Shown: positions 10,166-18,482 of the stretch, one piece after another
Numbering within the stretch: the stretch's first letter is position 1
How the letters are laid out: the number at the start of each line of letters is the position of its first letter
Origin: Rhodocyclaceae bacterium
GTDB taxonomy: Bacteria; Pseudomonadota; Gammaproteobacteria; Burkholderiales; Rhodocyclaceae
DNA: 29,121 bases
Assembly: GCA_016791085.1 (NCBI GenBank)
Contig: JAEUNN010000345.1
Location: 1-29,121 of the forward strand
Direction: 5' to 3'
Notes under the pieces: generated by a model
The model's database searches: none
What the model was told of the DNA's origin: nothing
The model's input: only the letters and a program-made list of their open reading frames with translations
Translations under genes and position numbers: made by a program

Positions 10166-10184
10166 CTAGCGAAGTCCGTGCCAG
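10166..10184 (-). promoter_or_regulatory. Candidate sigma-54 (-24/-12) promoter driving the minus-strand tRNA-like RNA / SPFH / rtcBA operon
   Basis: Minus strand reads CTGGCACGGACTTCGCT: TGGCAC, N5, then TCGCT. This matches the TGGCAC-N5-TTGCW consensus with one mismatch while keeping the -24 GG and -12 GC dinucleotides. It lies in the rtcR-divergent intergenic region, and RtcR is a sigma-54 enhancer-binding protein. A GGCATT-N6-AATGCC hairpin (10133-10150) sits just downstream, at the predicted transcript 5' end. Confidence 0.45.
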
Positions 10185-10322
10185 CGTGGCGCGGCCTACG
10201 CCAGGCAAGCGCAAATCATTGATACAGCTGATGTTTAGTGAAATGCCAGGGATTACGGCCGCGATGCTGCAGGGAGAATTTGCTAGAATTTGATCGCGTA
10301 CTTTATCCATTGATATAAAGCC

Positions 10323-11930
10323 ATGAAATCCACGGTCGCGATCGGTTTTCTCGGCACCACCCTCGATTTCGGCGGCAAAGGCGCGCAACGCTGGGAAAAA
10401 TGGCGCCCGACGGTGGCCCTGTGCCAACAGGAAAATCTGCTCATCCATCGCCTGGAATTGCTGCACGACGCGCGCAGCCGCGGATTGGCCGAGCGCGTGC
10501 GCCTGGACATTGCGGCGGTGTCGCCGGAAACCGAAGTGCGGCGCGTGGAATTGAATTTGCGCGACGCCTGGGATTTCGAGGAGGTATATGGCGCCCTGCT
10601 CGACTACGCGCGCGGCTACGCGTTCGACCCCGAGCGCGAGGACTACCTGATCCACATCACGACCGGCACGCACGTGGCGCAAATATGCTGGTTCCTGCTG
10701 GCCGAGGCGCGCTACTTGCCGGCGCGCCTGGTGCAAACCACGCCGCCGCGCAAACTGGAATCCGATACCAGCGGCACGTATAGCGTGATCGATCTCGATC
10801 TGTCGCGCTACGACCGCATCGCACAACGCTTTGCGCGCGAGCGCGACGCCAGCCTCAGCACCCTGAAAGCTGGCATCGCCACGCGCAATGCGGAATTCAA
10901 TCGCATGATAGAGCGCATCGAACAGGTGGCCGGACGGTCCCGCGCGCCCATGCTGCTGGTCGGCCCGACCGGTGCCGGCAAGTCGTTTCTGGCGCGCCGC
11001 GTCTATGAACTCAAGAAACAGCGCCAGCGCCTGGGCGGACAATTCGTCGAAGTCAATTGCGCCACGCTGCGCGGCGACGCGGCCATGTCGGCGCTATTCG
11101 GCCACGTGAAGGGCGCTTTCACGGGCGCCCAGACGGAACGCCCGGGCCTGTTGCGCGCGGCCGACGGCGGCTTGCTGTTTCTCGACGAAATCGGCGAACT
11201 GGGCCTGGACGAACAGGCCATGCTGCTCAAAGCCGTCGAAGAAAAGCGCTTTTTCCCGTTCGGCGGCGATCGCGAAGCGCAAAGCGACTTCCAGCTTATC
11301 GCCGGCACGCACCGCGACCTGCGCCAGTGGGTGGCGGCCGGGCGTTTCCGCGAAGACCTTTACGCGCGCATCAACCTATGGACTTTCGATCTGCCCGGAC
11401 TGGCCGAGCGGCCGGAAGACCTGGAACCCAATCTCGAATTCGAACTGGCCCGCCACGCCCGCGAACACGGCGAACAGGTGCGCTTCAACCTCGAGGCGCG
11501 CACGCGTTATCTGGATTTTGCAACGTCGGCGCAAGCGCGCTGGCGCGGCAATTTCCGCGAACTGGGCGCATCCGTCACGCGCATGGCCACACTGGCCGTG
11601 GCCGGCCGCATCACCGAACCCTTGGTGCAGGAAGAAATCGGCCGCCTGCGCGCCACCTGGCAGGACGGCACGGCAGCCGACGCCGCGACCCAGGTGCTGG
11701 GAGAAGGCGCGGACGGCCTGGACTGGTTCGACCGCTGCCAGTTGAACGCCGTGATCGAACTATGCCGCGGCAGCAACAGCCTGTCCGATGCCGGACGGCG
11801 CCTGTACGCCATATCGCGCGCCGACAAAAAACAGCCCAACGACGCCGACCGCCTGCGCAAATACCTGGCGCGCTTCGGCCTGGATTTCGAGCGCGCGCGC
11901 GGCCGGAGTGCCGACGCACGAGGTGCCTGA
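10323..11930 (+). CDS. rtcR: Sigma-54-dependent transcriptional regulator RtcR (N-terminal CARF-type sensor domain, central AAA+ sigma-54 activator domain, C-terminal HTH)
   Basis: 535 aa, about E. coli RtcR length. AAA+ motifs: Walker A (PMLLVGPTGAGKSFLARRV), GAFTGA (sigma-54 contact motif), Walker B (GGLLFLDEIGEL), and arginine finger region (FREDLYARINLWTFDLPGLAER). The ~185-aa N-terminus is not a receiver domain and fits the RtcR CARF-like domain. The gene is divergent from the rtcBA operon. Confidence 0.9.
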   Translation: MKSTVAIGFLGTTLDFGGKGAQRWEKWRPTVALCQQENLLIHRLELLHDARSRGLAERVRLDIAAVSPETEVRRVELNLRDAWDFEEVYGALLDYARGYAFDPEREDYLIHITTGTHVAQICWFLLAEARYLPARLVQTTPPRKLESDTSGTYSVIDLDLSRYDRIAQRFARERDASLSTLKAGIATRNAEFNRMIERIEQVAGRSRAPMLLVGPTGAGKSFLARRVYELKKQRQRLGGQFVEVNCATLRGDAAMSALFGHVKGAFTGAQTERPGLLRAADGGLLFLDEIGELGLDEQAMLLKAVEEKRFFPFGGDREAQSDFQLIAGTHRDLRQWVAAGRFREDLYARINLWTFDLPGLAERPEDLEPNLEFELARHAREHGEQVRFNLEARTRYLDFATSAQARWRGNFRELGASVTRMATLAVAGRITEPLVQEEIGRLRATWQDGTAADAATQVLGEGADGLDWFDRCQLNAVIELCRGSNSLSDAGRRLYAISRADKKQPNDADRLRKYLARFGLDFERARGRSADARGA

Positions 11931-12021
11931 GCGGCGTGCAGGCGGTACGGGCCGGGATGGACGGGCGGAGCAAGTATTTGGCGGCCGGCACGCGATGGGA
12001 GCTGAGCCGCGCGCGCAGAAA

Positions 12022-12057
12022 ACGAAAAACGCGCCGGGGGGCGCGTTTTGCTGGAAC
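12022..12057 (+). terminator. Rho-independent terminator downstream of rtcR. It is bidirectional, with a T-run on the minus strand too, and would originally also have terminated tRNA-Ser.
   Basis: GAAAAACGCGCC-GGGG-GGCGCGTTTTGCTGG forms a perfect 10-bp GC-rich stem with a GGGG loop followed by TTTTG. On the minus strand the same stem is followed by GTTTTCT. It abuts the left copy of the 16-bp att repeat. Confidence 0.6.
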
Positions 12058-12073
12058 TTTGGCGGAGAGGGTG
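12058..12073. repeat. Left 16-bp direct repeat (att-like): TTTGGCGGAGAGGGTG, a duplicate of the tRNA-Ser 3' end
   Basis: Identical to 27609-27624. The right copy overlaps the last 14 nt of the intact tRNA-Ser at 27611-27703. Confidence 0.6.
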
Positions 12074-12206
12074 TCCGCGGAGATAGAACTTCCGGCAGTC
12101 CCACAAGGCATCTTTTCAACGCTGTAGCCCTTACCTGCCTTGACTTTGTTGGCTCATGTAGTGCCATAGGCTACCATCCAATCGCACCACCTTAGTTGGG
12201 TAGGAG

Positions 12207-12720
12207 GTGGGGAACAAGGAGATGCGAGCCATGCCAGGCAAAGCAAAGGAACTCTCGGCCCTGGAAGTCTCCCGGCTTACCTCACCAGGTTTGTACGCGG
12301 CGGGGGTCGTCCCCGGTCTGCAACTCCAAGTGACGGCCACCGGAGCACGGACCTGGGTACTGCGAGTATGGGTCGCCGGCAGGCGCCGGGACATGGGGCT
12401 GGGAGGTTATCCCGCCGTGACCCTGGCCATGGCCCGGGAGAAGGCCCGGGAAGCCCGCGACAAGATCGACAGAGGAATTGATCCGATAGGGGAGCGTCGG
12501 GCCGCTCAGAGCACTCTACGCGCCGCCCGTGGTGCTGAGATCACCTTCGAGAAGGCCGCCCAACAGTTCATTGAGGCCAAATCGGCAGAGTGGCGGAACA
12601 CCAAGCACCGGGGCCAATGGGAAGCCACCCTGTCCACCTATGCCTTCCCCGTGATCGGCACCCTCCAGGTTCGGGACGTGGCCCTGCCTCATGTGGTACG
12701 CATTCACAGCCGCGAGATGC
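12207..12720 (+). pseudogene. Truncated P4-family tyrosine integrase. Only the N-terminal ~170 aa (arm-binding DUF4102-like and SAM-like region) is present. The ORF reads on to 13073 through unrelated sequence.
   Basis: N-terminus ...ELSALEVSRLTSPGLYAAGVVPGLQLQVTATGARTWVLRVWVAGRRRDMGLGGYPAVTLAMAREKAREARDKIDRGIDPIGERR...FPVIGTLQVRDVALPHVV is typical of P4-like integrase N-terminal domains. After ~12720 the translation loses all integrase character. No R..HxxR..Y catalytic-domain sequence exists in any frame before the next gene at 13203, and only ~380 nt are available. Confidence 0.65.
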
Positions 12721-13202
12721 CGGCAAGACGCGGTCACCAGGTGACGGCGCTGCTGCTGGGCGAACGGCTAGTCGGGCTCTACAACGGGTCCACCGGGAAG
12801 CAGGTGAATTTTGTTCGAGCCGATCCGCCGCTGCCCTGGCGACGATGCGACGCAGCCGCCGTAGCGGCGCCTTCGGCTGCCAGCATCGCAGCATTCGCAT
12901 TCACAGCGTGGCCCGCCGTGCTGGTCAGCTTGCCGCTCGCGTTGTTATGCCCACCGTTGGTGGTGACGGCGCGCTTCGCCTGGCGCTGTCGCACGCGGGC
13001 ACAGGTTGACCGTGCACTAGACATCGTGAAAGGCCACGATGTCGTGCCACCGCAACTGCGCCGGGTGAAGTAGCGCGACACGGCAGGCAGCGCGCCGCTT
13101 CGCTCTTTGGCTCCCCGCCGTAATGCGCGGGAATGTCGAAGGAATTGTCAGCTCATACATTTCTCTGATACATTTCCTCCGGAATCGACATTTAGGGTAG
13201 CC

Positions 13203-16200
13203 ATGGCCGACAATCTTTTCGCCGTCTGCGAACCACGCGCCGATGTTCTTCAAGGGGCACTGAAGGAGAGCGACTTCGCTGCTGATCTCTCCCAGGTGCT
13301 CCGCGGCGACGCCCCGGACGAGTACAAGAAACCCGAACTGTTCTTCGCGAACACCTACCCGACCAAGGGCCTGAAGAATGTCCTCAAGCTGGTCGCACTG
13401 CGCGTCCTCGGGAGGCCCGAGCAGGTCGGCGCCATCTTCCGCCTCGATACGCAGTTCGGCGGTGGTAAGACGCACACCCTCATCGGCCTCGCACATGCCA
13501 TGCGTGGTCTCGCCGGCGTCCCGAACGCCGATGAGTTCCTGGAGCCGGCCCTTCGCCCGAGCGAACCGATTCGCATCGCCGCCTTCGACGGCGAAAATGC
13601 AGACCCCACCAATGGACGCAGGTTGAGCGACTCCACCCGCGCATTCAGCCCCTGGGGTGAGCTTGCGTTTGCGCTCGCTGGCGAGGCGGGCTACAGGCTC
13701 GTCGAGCAGAGCGACAAGGAAGGCATCGCGCCCGGCGCCGATACCCTGCGTGAACTCCTGGGCACCGACCCGGCGGTCATCCTCATCGACGAAATCGCGC
13801 CCTATCTGCGCAAAGTCGCGGGTCGGAATACGCAGCGAGCCGGCGAGCAACTGCTGGCCTTCATGACTTCGCTGATGAAGGCGGTCGAGAGCCTGCCCAA
13901 AGTCGCTCTCGTCTTCACCCTAGCCGTTGGCCGTGACGGCAAGGCAACCGATGCCTACAGCCGCGAGACGCAGGACATCGCCGCCTTCTTCGCCGAAGCC
14001 GAGAGCGTGGCTGCCCGCAAGGCCACGGTCATCGACCCCACCGAGGACGACGAAACCGTCAAGGTGGTCTGTCGTCGTCTGTTCACTCGCATCGACGAGT
14101 CCAAGGCCAAGCAGGTCGTTGCGGCCTACAAGGCACTCTGGGACGCGAACCGCGAATCACTGCCCACGCCGCCGGCACAAGACCGTCGCGTGGAGGAGTT
14201 CGAGGCTGGCTACCCGCTGCACCCGGAGTTGGTGAAGCTCCTGACCCAGAAGACCGGCACGCTCGGCAACTTCCAGCGCGTGCGCGGCATGCTGCGGCTG
14301 CTGGCGCGCACCGTGGCGCAACTTTGGCAAACCCGGCCCGCCGATGCCTACGCCATCCACACGCATCACATCGACCTTGGTTTCGAGCCCATCCGCCTGG
14401 AGCTGGTCACGCGTCTCAAGCAGGACATCTACGTGCCGGCCATCAAGGCCGAGATCGCCGGCGTGGACCAGAGCTCCGCGCTGGCGGAGCAACTCGATGC
14501 GGGCGCCTTCAAGGGACTGCCAACCTACGGGTCCTATGTCGCGCGCAGTGTCTTCATGCACACACTCGCCTTCAACGACACCCTGCGCGGCCTGAATGCC
14601 GATGAGCTTCGCTACGCCATCCTCGGGCCGGCGACCGACATCGCCTTCATCGACGACGCCCGCAAGCGCTTCATCACCGACTCGGCATACCTCGACGACA
14701 AACCCGGCGCGCCGCTGCGCTTCCTGGCCGAAGCCAACCTCACGCAAATCATCCGGCGTGAGGAGACCAACGTCGACCGCGAAGAGGCCCGGTCGCGCCT
14801 CAATGCCTACATCCGCGACCTGTTCGCCGGCCCCAATCTAAACCTCGTGCCCTTCGCCGCCGGCCCGCACGACATTCCTGATGACGACGGCAGCGGGCGT
14901 CCCTATCTCGCCATGTTGAGCCACGATGCGGTGCAGGTGGTCGGCGATGCCGTCCGCGTTGATACCCTGGTAGAGAAAATCTTTCTTCACCGCGGGACAG
15001 GCAACGACTGGCGGCACAACCGCAACAATCTGGTGTTTGTGGTCGCCGATGCTTCAGGTATCCCGACCATGAAGGCGCGCATGTTGCGCCATTTGGCGCT
15101 CGAGTCGCTGCGCGTGCCAGGCAAGCTCAAGGACCTCGCCGACTACCAGGTCGCCAAGCTGAGCGAGGAGTTCGAGGTCTCGAAGCAACGCCTCGCCCTG
15201 GCGGTCCAGCAGTGCTACCGCCACATCTTCTTCCCCTCGCGCAATCGCGTCGAAGGCGCAAGCTGTGACCTGGCCCACACGGTGGTGGACATTCAGACAG
15301 CCTCGGACCGGCCGGGCGACGGGCAGAAGCAGGTCGTTACGCAGCTCCAGAACGTCAACAAGCTGCGCCTGCCCACCGACCAGCCGGACTCGCCGGTCTA
15401 CGTGCGCGACCGCACGCCGCTCAAGAAGGGGCAAATCACCACCGCCGCACTGCGCAACGAGTTCCGGCAGGACGCCTCCCTGCCGATACTCGTCGGCGAC
15501 GACGTGTTCATCAAGGGCATCCGCCAGGGCATCGACCAAGGCGACTACGTCTACAAGTCCGGCGACCTGCTGCGCGGCAAGGGGGACCCTCACGCCGAAA
15601 TCAAGGTCGACGAGCAGTCCTTCGTATTCACGACGTCGTACGCCGAAGACCACGGTATCTGGCCTCGCCCTGCGCCCACGCCGGCGCCAGCGCCCGCCGG
15701 CGGTGGCGCCTCACCCACCGGCGGACCCGCCTCGGCGCCTTACGGAGCGCCTGCCCCCGGGCCGGCTCCAGCGGCGAATGAGCCAGGTGTCGTCCAGGCC
15801 GAAGACGTGCTCAAGGCCGCGCTGAACCGCGTCTTCGAACAGGCGCGCAACAACGGTGTGCTTACCCTGGGCTCGATGACCATTCGCCCTTTCGACAAGG
15901 GTGACGCCCTCAAACTGATTCCACTGGTCAAATCGGTTCCAAACACCACCAAGCGCATCGAGCTGGAAGCGTCCTTCGAGACGCCGAGCAAGTCGGAAGC
16001 GAGTGTGGCCTTCAAGGGAGACCTCGACGATGCCGCGCCGCTGAAGGACTACCTCGAACCCCAGTTCCGTGCTGCCAGTGACAGCGACGCGAGCGTCACT
16101 TTCATACTGCACTTCGACCCGCCGCTGGCCGTCCAGGGCGCCAGTGCCGACGGCCTCGTCCAGCGCTTGACGCGTCTCGTGTCGCCAGTCGCTCATGTGC

Positions 16201-16229
16201 TCGCCACTGTCGCCGACAAGAAATCCTGA
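13203..16229 (+). CDS. Large P-loop ATPase, DUF499/COG1483-like (BrxC/PglY-like AAA+ ATPase), ~1008 aa, with a Pro/Ala-rich linker before a small C-terminal domain
   Basis: Start is called at MADNLFAV (ATG 13203). The upstream in-frame extension from 13107 is AT-richer, promoter-like DNA. Walker A: RLDTQFGGGKTHTLIGL. Walker B: AVILIDEIAPYL. The >1000-aa size matches DUF499-family ATPases that accompany DUF1156 methylases. Low-complexity PAPTPAPAPAGGGASPTGGPASAPYGAPAPGPAPA linker near the C-terminus. Non-host codon usage. Confidence 0.75.
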   Translation: MADNLFAVCEPRADVLQGALKESDFAADLSQVLRGDAPDEYKKPELFFANTYPTKGLKNVLKLVALRVLGRPEQVGAIFRLDTQFGGGKTHTLIGLAHAMRGLAGVPNADEFLEPALRPSEPIRIAAFDGENADPTNGRRLSDSTRAFSPWGELAFALAGEAGYRLVEQSDKEGIAPGADTLRELLGTDPAVILIDEIAPYLRKVAGRNTQRAGEQLLAFMTSLMKAVESLPKVALVFTLAVGRDGKATDAYSRETQDIAAFFAEAESVAARKATVIDPTEDDETVKVVCRRLFTRIDESKAKQVVAAYKALWDANRESLPTPPAQDRRVEEFEAGYPLHPELVKLLTQKTGTLGNFQRVRGMLRLLARTVAQLWQTRPADAYAIHTHHIDLGFEPIRLELVTRLKQDIYVPAIKAEIAGVDQSSALAEQLDAGAFKGLPTYGSYVARSVFMHTLAFNDTLRGLNADELRYAILGPATDIAFIDDARKRFITDSAYLDDKPGAPLRFLAEANLTQIIRREETNVDREEARSRLNAYIRDLFAGPNLNLVPFAAGPHDIPDDDGSGRPYLAMLSHDAVQVVGDAVRVDTLVEKIFLHRGTGNDWRHNRNNLVFVVADASGIPTMKARMLRHLALESLRVPGKLKDLADYQVAKLSEEFEVSKQRLALAVQQCYRHIFFPSRNRVEGASCDLAHTVVDIQTASDRPGDGQKQVVTQLQNVNKLRLPTDQPDSPVYVRDRTPLKKGQITTAALRNEFRQDASLPILVGDDVFIKGIRQGIDQGDYVYKSGDLLRGKGDPHAEIKVDEQSFVFTTSYAEDHGIWPRPAPTPAPAPAGGGASPTGGPASAPYGAPAPGPAPAANEPGVVQAEDVLKAALNRVFEQARNNGVLTLGSMTIRPFDKGDALKLIPLVKSVPNTTKRIELEASFETPSKSEASVAFKGDLDDAAPLKDYLEPQFRAASDSDASVTFILHFDPPLAVQGASADGLVQRLTRLVSPVAHVLATVADKKS

Positions 16230-16240
16230 GGAACTAGGCC

Positions 16241-16729
16241 ATGACTACTCGACGCGCGCATGTGGTCGCACTCCCCCGCAAGGCCGCCTCCGCACTGCCG
16301 CACTACGAGCTCCGCGCCAAGCGGCAGCGGGGCTCCGACATGGCCCTCGAAATCTGGCAACTGCCGGCAAGTGCGACGCCTCACATCAAACAGCCCACCT
16401 ATGTGGCGGGGCTGCACGGCCGTAACCTCTCGCTGGTTGAGCATCGCTTGCTGCGCCGCCTGAAGGCCGTGCGCATCAACCTCAACGATTTGCCGGCCAT
16501 CGACGCCTTGCGAGTCCCCATCGACGAGGAACTCGCCATCAACCTTGGCCTGCTTTTCCGTTCCCTGGCGCCGATGCGTAACCGTGACCACATGGCCGCG
16601 GTGGCGGCCGGCATCGAGGTCATGACCAAGGAAGAGGCCGGTTACTGGCTCGGCATGGCAATGCATCGCAAATATCCGCGCCGCGTGCTGATGGCACTGC
16701 GCTTCCTGCTCATCGAACCGACCCACTGA
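16241..16729 (+). CDS. Small conserved hypothetical protein (162 aa) between the ATPase and the COG2865 gene. Positionally equivalent to the DUF3780-type partner of DUF499/DUF1156 systems.
   Basis: GAGGAA 6 nt upstream of ATG. 12-nt gap after the ATPase stop and 7-nt gap before the next gene. Island codon usage. The family assignment is by position only and is not verifiable from sequence here. Confidence 0.45.
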   Translation: MTTRRAHVVALPRKAASALPHYELRAKRQRGSDMALEIWQLPASATPHIKQPTYVAGLHGRNLSLVEHRLLRRLKAVRINLNDLPAIDALRVPIDEELAINLGLLFRSLAPMRNRDHMAAVAAGIEVMTKEEAGYWLGMAMHRKYPRRVLMALRFLLIEPTH

Positions 16730-16736
16730 AGGTGGC

Positions 16737-18482
16737 ATGCGCGAACTGACTGAGGTCCGTGCGCTGCTGACGCGTCTCGACGAGGTCGAAGCGGATGCAC
16801 TGGAATCGCAGGACCTCGACTTCAAGGAGTGGCCCGCCGATCACCGGCATGCCATCCGGCTGGCAGTCGACATGGCGGTCTGCATGGCCAATGGTGGCGG
16901 CGGCACGGTTGTTCTGGGGGTGCGCGACCGTGTGGTCGGGCGCTCCCAGGCGATTCTCGGCGTCCCTGCGACCGCGGACCCGCACCAACTGAAGCGTGAC
17001 ATCTACGAACGCACCGCGCCGAAGCTCACTCCCGAGGTTGTGGAGCTTGCCGTCCCGGAGGGCACCGGGCGCCTGTTCTTGATGCAGGTACATGGCGGCC
17101 TGCCACCGTACACCACTACCGCCGGCGCCGGCACCGTCCGGCGCGGCAAGGACTGTGTGCCCCTCACCGGTGACCTGCGCGACCGCCTGATGGTCGAGCG
17201 CGGCGACTCGGACGTAACTGCCGTTGCCGTCGCAGAGCCGGTCGAATCGCTGCTGTCGGCCGCGGCGCTCGAACGGCTGCGCGACTTGGCCCGCCAGGAG
17301 CAGGCGCCGGCAGACATGTTGCGCAAGTCCGACCTCGATCTGCTCGGCGCGCTCGAAGTTCTGCGTGATGGCCGGCTCACCAAGGCCGGTCTGCTCATCG
17401 CCGGCAATGCCGACGCCATTGCTCGTCACCTGCCTAACTACTCATGGACGCACGAGCGCATGAAGAGCGCCACTGCCTACGTGGACCGCGCCGACGGGCG
17501 CGATACGCGAGAGCTCGCTCTGCCACTCGCCCTGCAGGCGCTCGAATCGCGCATCAACGCCGACAACCCCATCACCACCGTCGAGCACGGCCTGCATCAC
17601 TTCGAATTCCGCGCGTACCCCACGGTGGCGCTGCGCGAGGCGCTGCTCAATGCCTTGTGCCACCTGGACTTGCGGCTCGCCAGCCCAGTGCTGGTCAAGC
17701 AGTTCCCGCGCAAGCTCGAAATCAGCAACCCCGGCGGCCTGGTGGGCGGCATCACGCCGGCCAACATCCTTCACCACCCGCCGCTTGCGCGCAACCCCTT
17801 GCTGGTGCATGCACTGTCGAAGCTGCGCTTGGTGAACCGCAGCAATCTCGGCATTGGCCGCATGTTCGAGGCGATGCTCATCGAGGGCAAGGAGCCGCCG
17901 CTCATCGTCGATGAGGAAAGCGCCGTTCGCGTCGTTTTCAAGCGGCAGGAGACTTCAGCGTCGTTCCGCGAGTTCATCGCCGACGAAGGCAAGGCCGGCC
18001 GGGTGCTGGACGTCGACCACCTGCTGGTGCTGAGCTACCTGCTAGGGCATGGCGAGATCGACACGGCTGCGGCCGCAGAACTCTGCCAGCGGCGTGATGC
18101 CGAGATGCGCGACATCCTCGACGAAATGGTGCAGGTCTACGACTACCTGGAACGCGGCGGCGCCGGGCGCGGCACTTGGTGGCGCCTGAAGCCCGCCTTG
18201 CACCGGCGGCTTGAAGGCGCCGGCCATGCCGAGCGGGACCAGCGCATCGACATCGACGTGGCCAAGACCCGTGTGCTCAACATGCTGAAGCAACGGCAGC
18301 AGCGCGGGCAGGCGGGTCTGTCGAACGCCGAGGTTCGCGAGGTGACCGGCTACACACGACAACAGGTCAACCGGCTGATACACGAACTGGAAGCAGAGTC
18401 TGTGCGCATGGTTGGGCACGGACGCGGTGCCCGATACGAATACGTCGGCTCAGTGCCGGCAAAGAAGACCAAGAGTTCATGA
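16737..18482 (+). CDS. COG2865-type protein: N-terminal AlbA_2/Schlafen-like putative DNA-binding domain + HATPase_c_4-like domain + C-terminal HTH (581 aa)
   Basis: AAGGTGG RBS. The architecture (N-terminal ~120-aa Schlafen-box-like region VRALLTRLDEVEADALESQDLDFKEW..., central region ...LREALLNALCHLDLRLASPVLVKQFPRKLEISNPGGLVGGIT..., C-terminal ...LSNAEVREVTGYTRQQVNRLIHELEAES... HTH) matches the defence-island-associated 'predicted transcriptional regulator with Schlafen-like domain' family. The stop overlaps the methylase start (ATGATGA). Confidence 0.7.
   Translation: MRELTEVRALLTRLDEVEADALESQDLDFKEWPADHRHAIRLAVDMAVCMANGGGGTVVLGVRDRVVGRSQAILGVPATADPHQLKRDIYERTAPKLTPEVVELAVPEGTGRLFLMQVHGGLPPYTTTAGAGTVRRGKDCVPLTGDLRDRLMVERGDSDVTAVAVAEPVESLLSAAALERLRDLARQEQAPADMLRKSDLDLLGALEVLRDGRLTKAGLLIAGNADAIARHLPNYSWTHERMKSATAYVDRADGRDTRELALPLALQALESRINADNPITTVEHGLHHFEFRAYPTVALREALLNALCHLDLRLASPVLVKQFPRKLEISNPGGLVGGITPANILHHPPLARNPLLVHALSKLRLVNRSNLGIGRMFEAMLIEGKEPPLIVDEESAVRVVFKRQETSASFREFIADEGKAGRVLDVDHLLVLSYLLGHGEIDTAAAAELCQRRDAEMRDILDEMVQVYDYLERGGAGRGTWWRLKPALHRRLEGAGHAERDQRIDIDVAKTRVLNMLKQRQQRGQAGLSNAEVREVTGYTRQQVNRLIHELEAESVRMVGHGRGARYEYVGSVPAKKTKSS

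Noticed and set aside
10032-11042. 336-aa minus-strand ORF antisense to rtcR, and 11057..12127 (+) 356-aa ORF in an alternative frame of rtcR
   Set aside because: No recognisable domains, Arg/Pro-rich. rtcR in its own frame has complete AAA+ sigma-54 activator motifs.
12058-12073. Chance occurrence of the 16-bp repeat
   Set aside because: Considered, since the expected number of random 16-mer repeats in 29 kb is roughly 0.1-0.2. I rejected chance as the main explanation. The repeat is exactly the tRNA 3' end, abuts a bidirectional terminator, and coincides with an integrase remnant and a codon-usage discontinuity.
12721-13073. C-terminal 118 residues of the 'integrase' ORF, and overlapping ORFs 12590..13009 (+), 12568..12900 (-), 12779..13081 (-)
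   Set aside because: No similarity to tyrosine-recombinase catalytic domains or anything else recognisable. Interpreted as non-coding remnant after deletion of the integrase 3' part.
13107-13202. 32-codon N-terminal extension of the ATPase ORF (MAPRRNARECRRNCQLIHFSDTFPPESTFRVA)
   Set aside because: Falls in AT-richer, promoter-like DNA with no RBS. The ATG at 13203 begins the conserved-looking MADNLFAV sequence.
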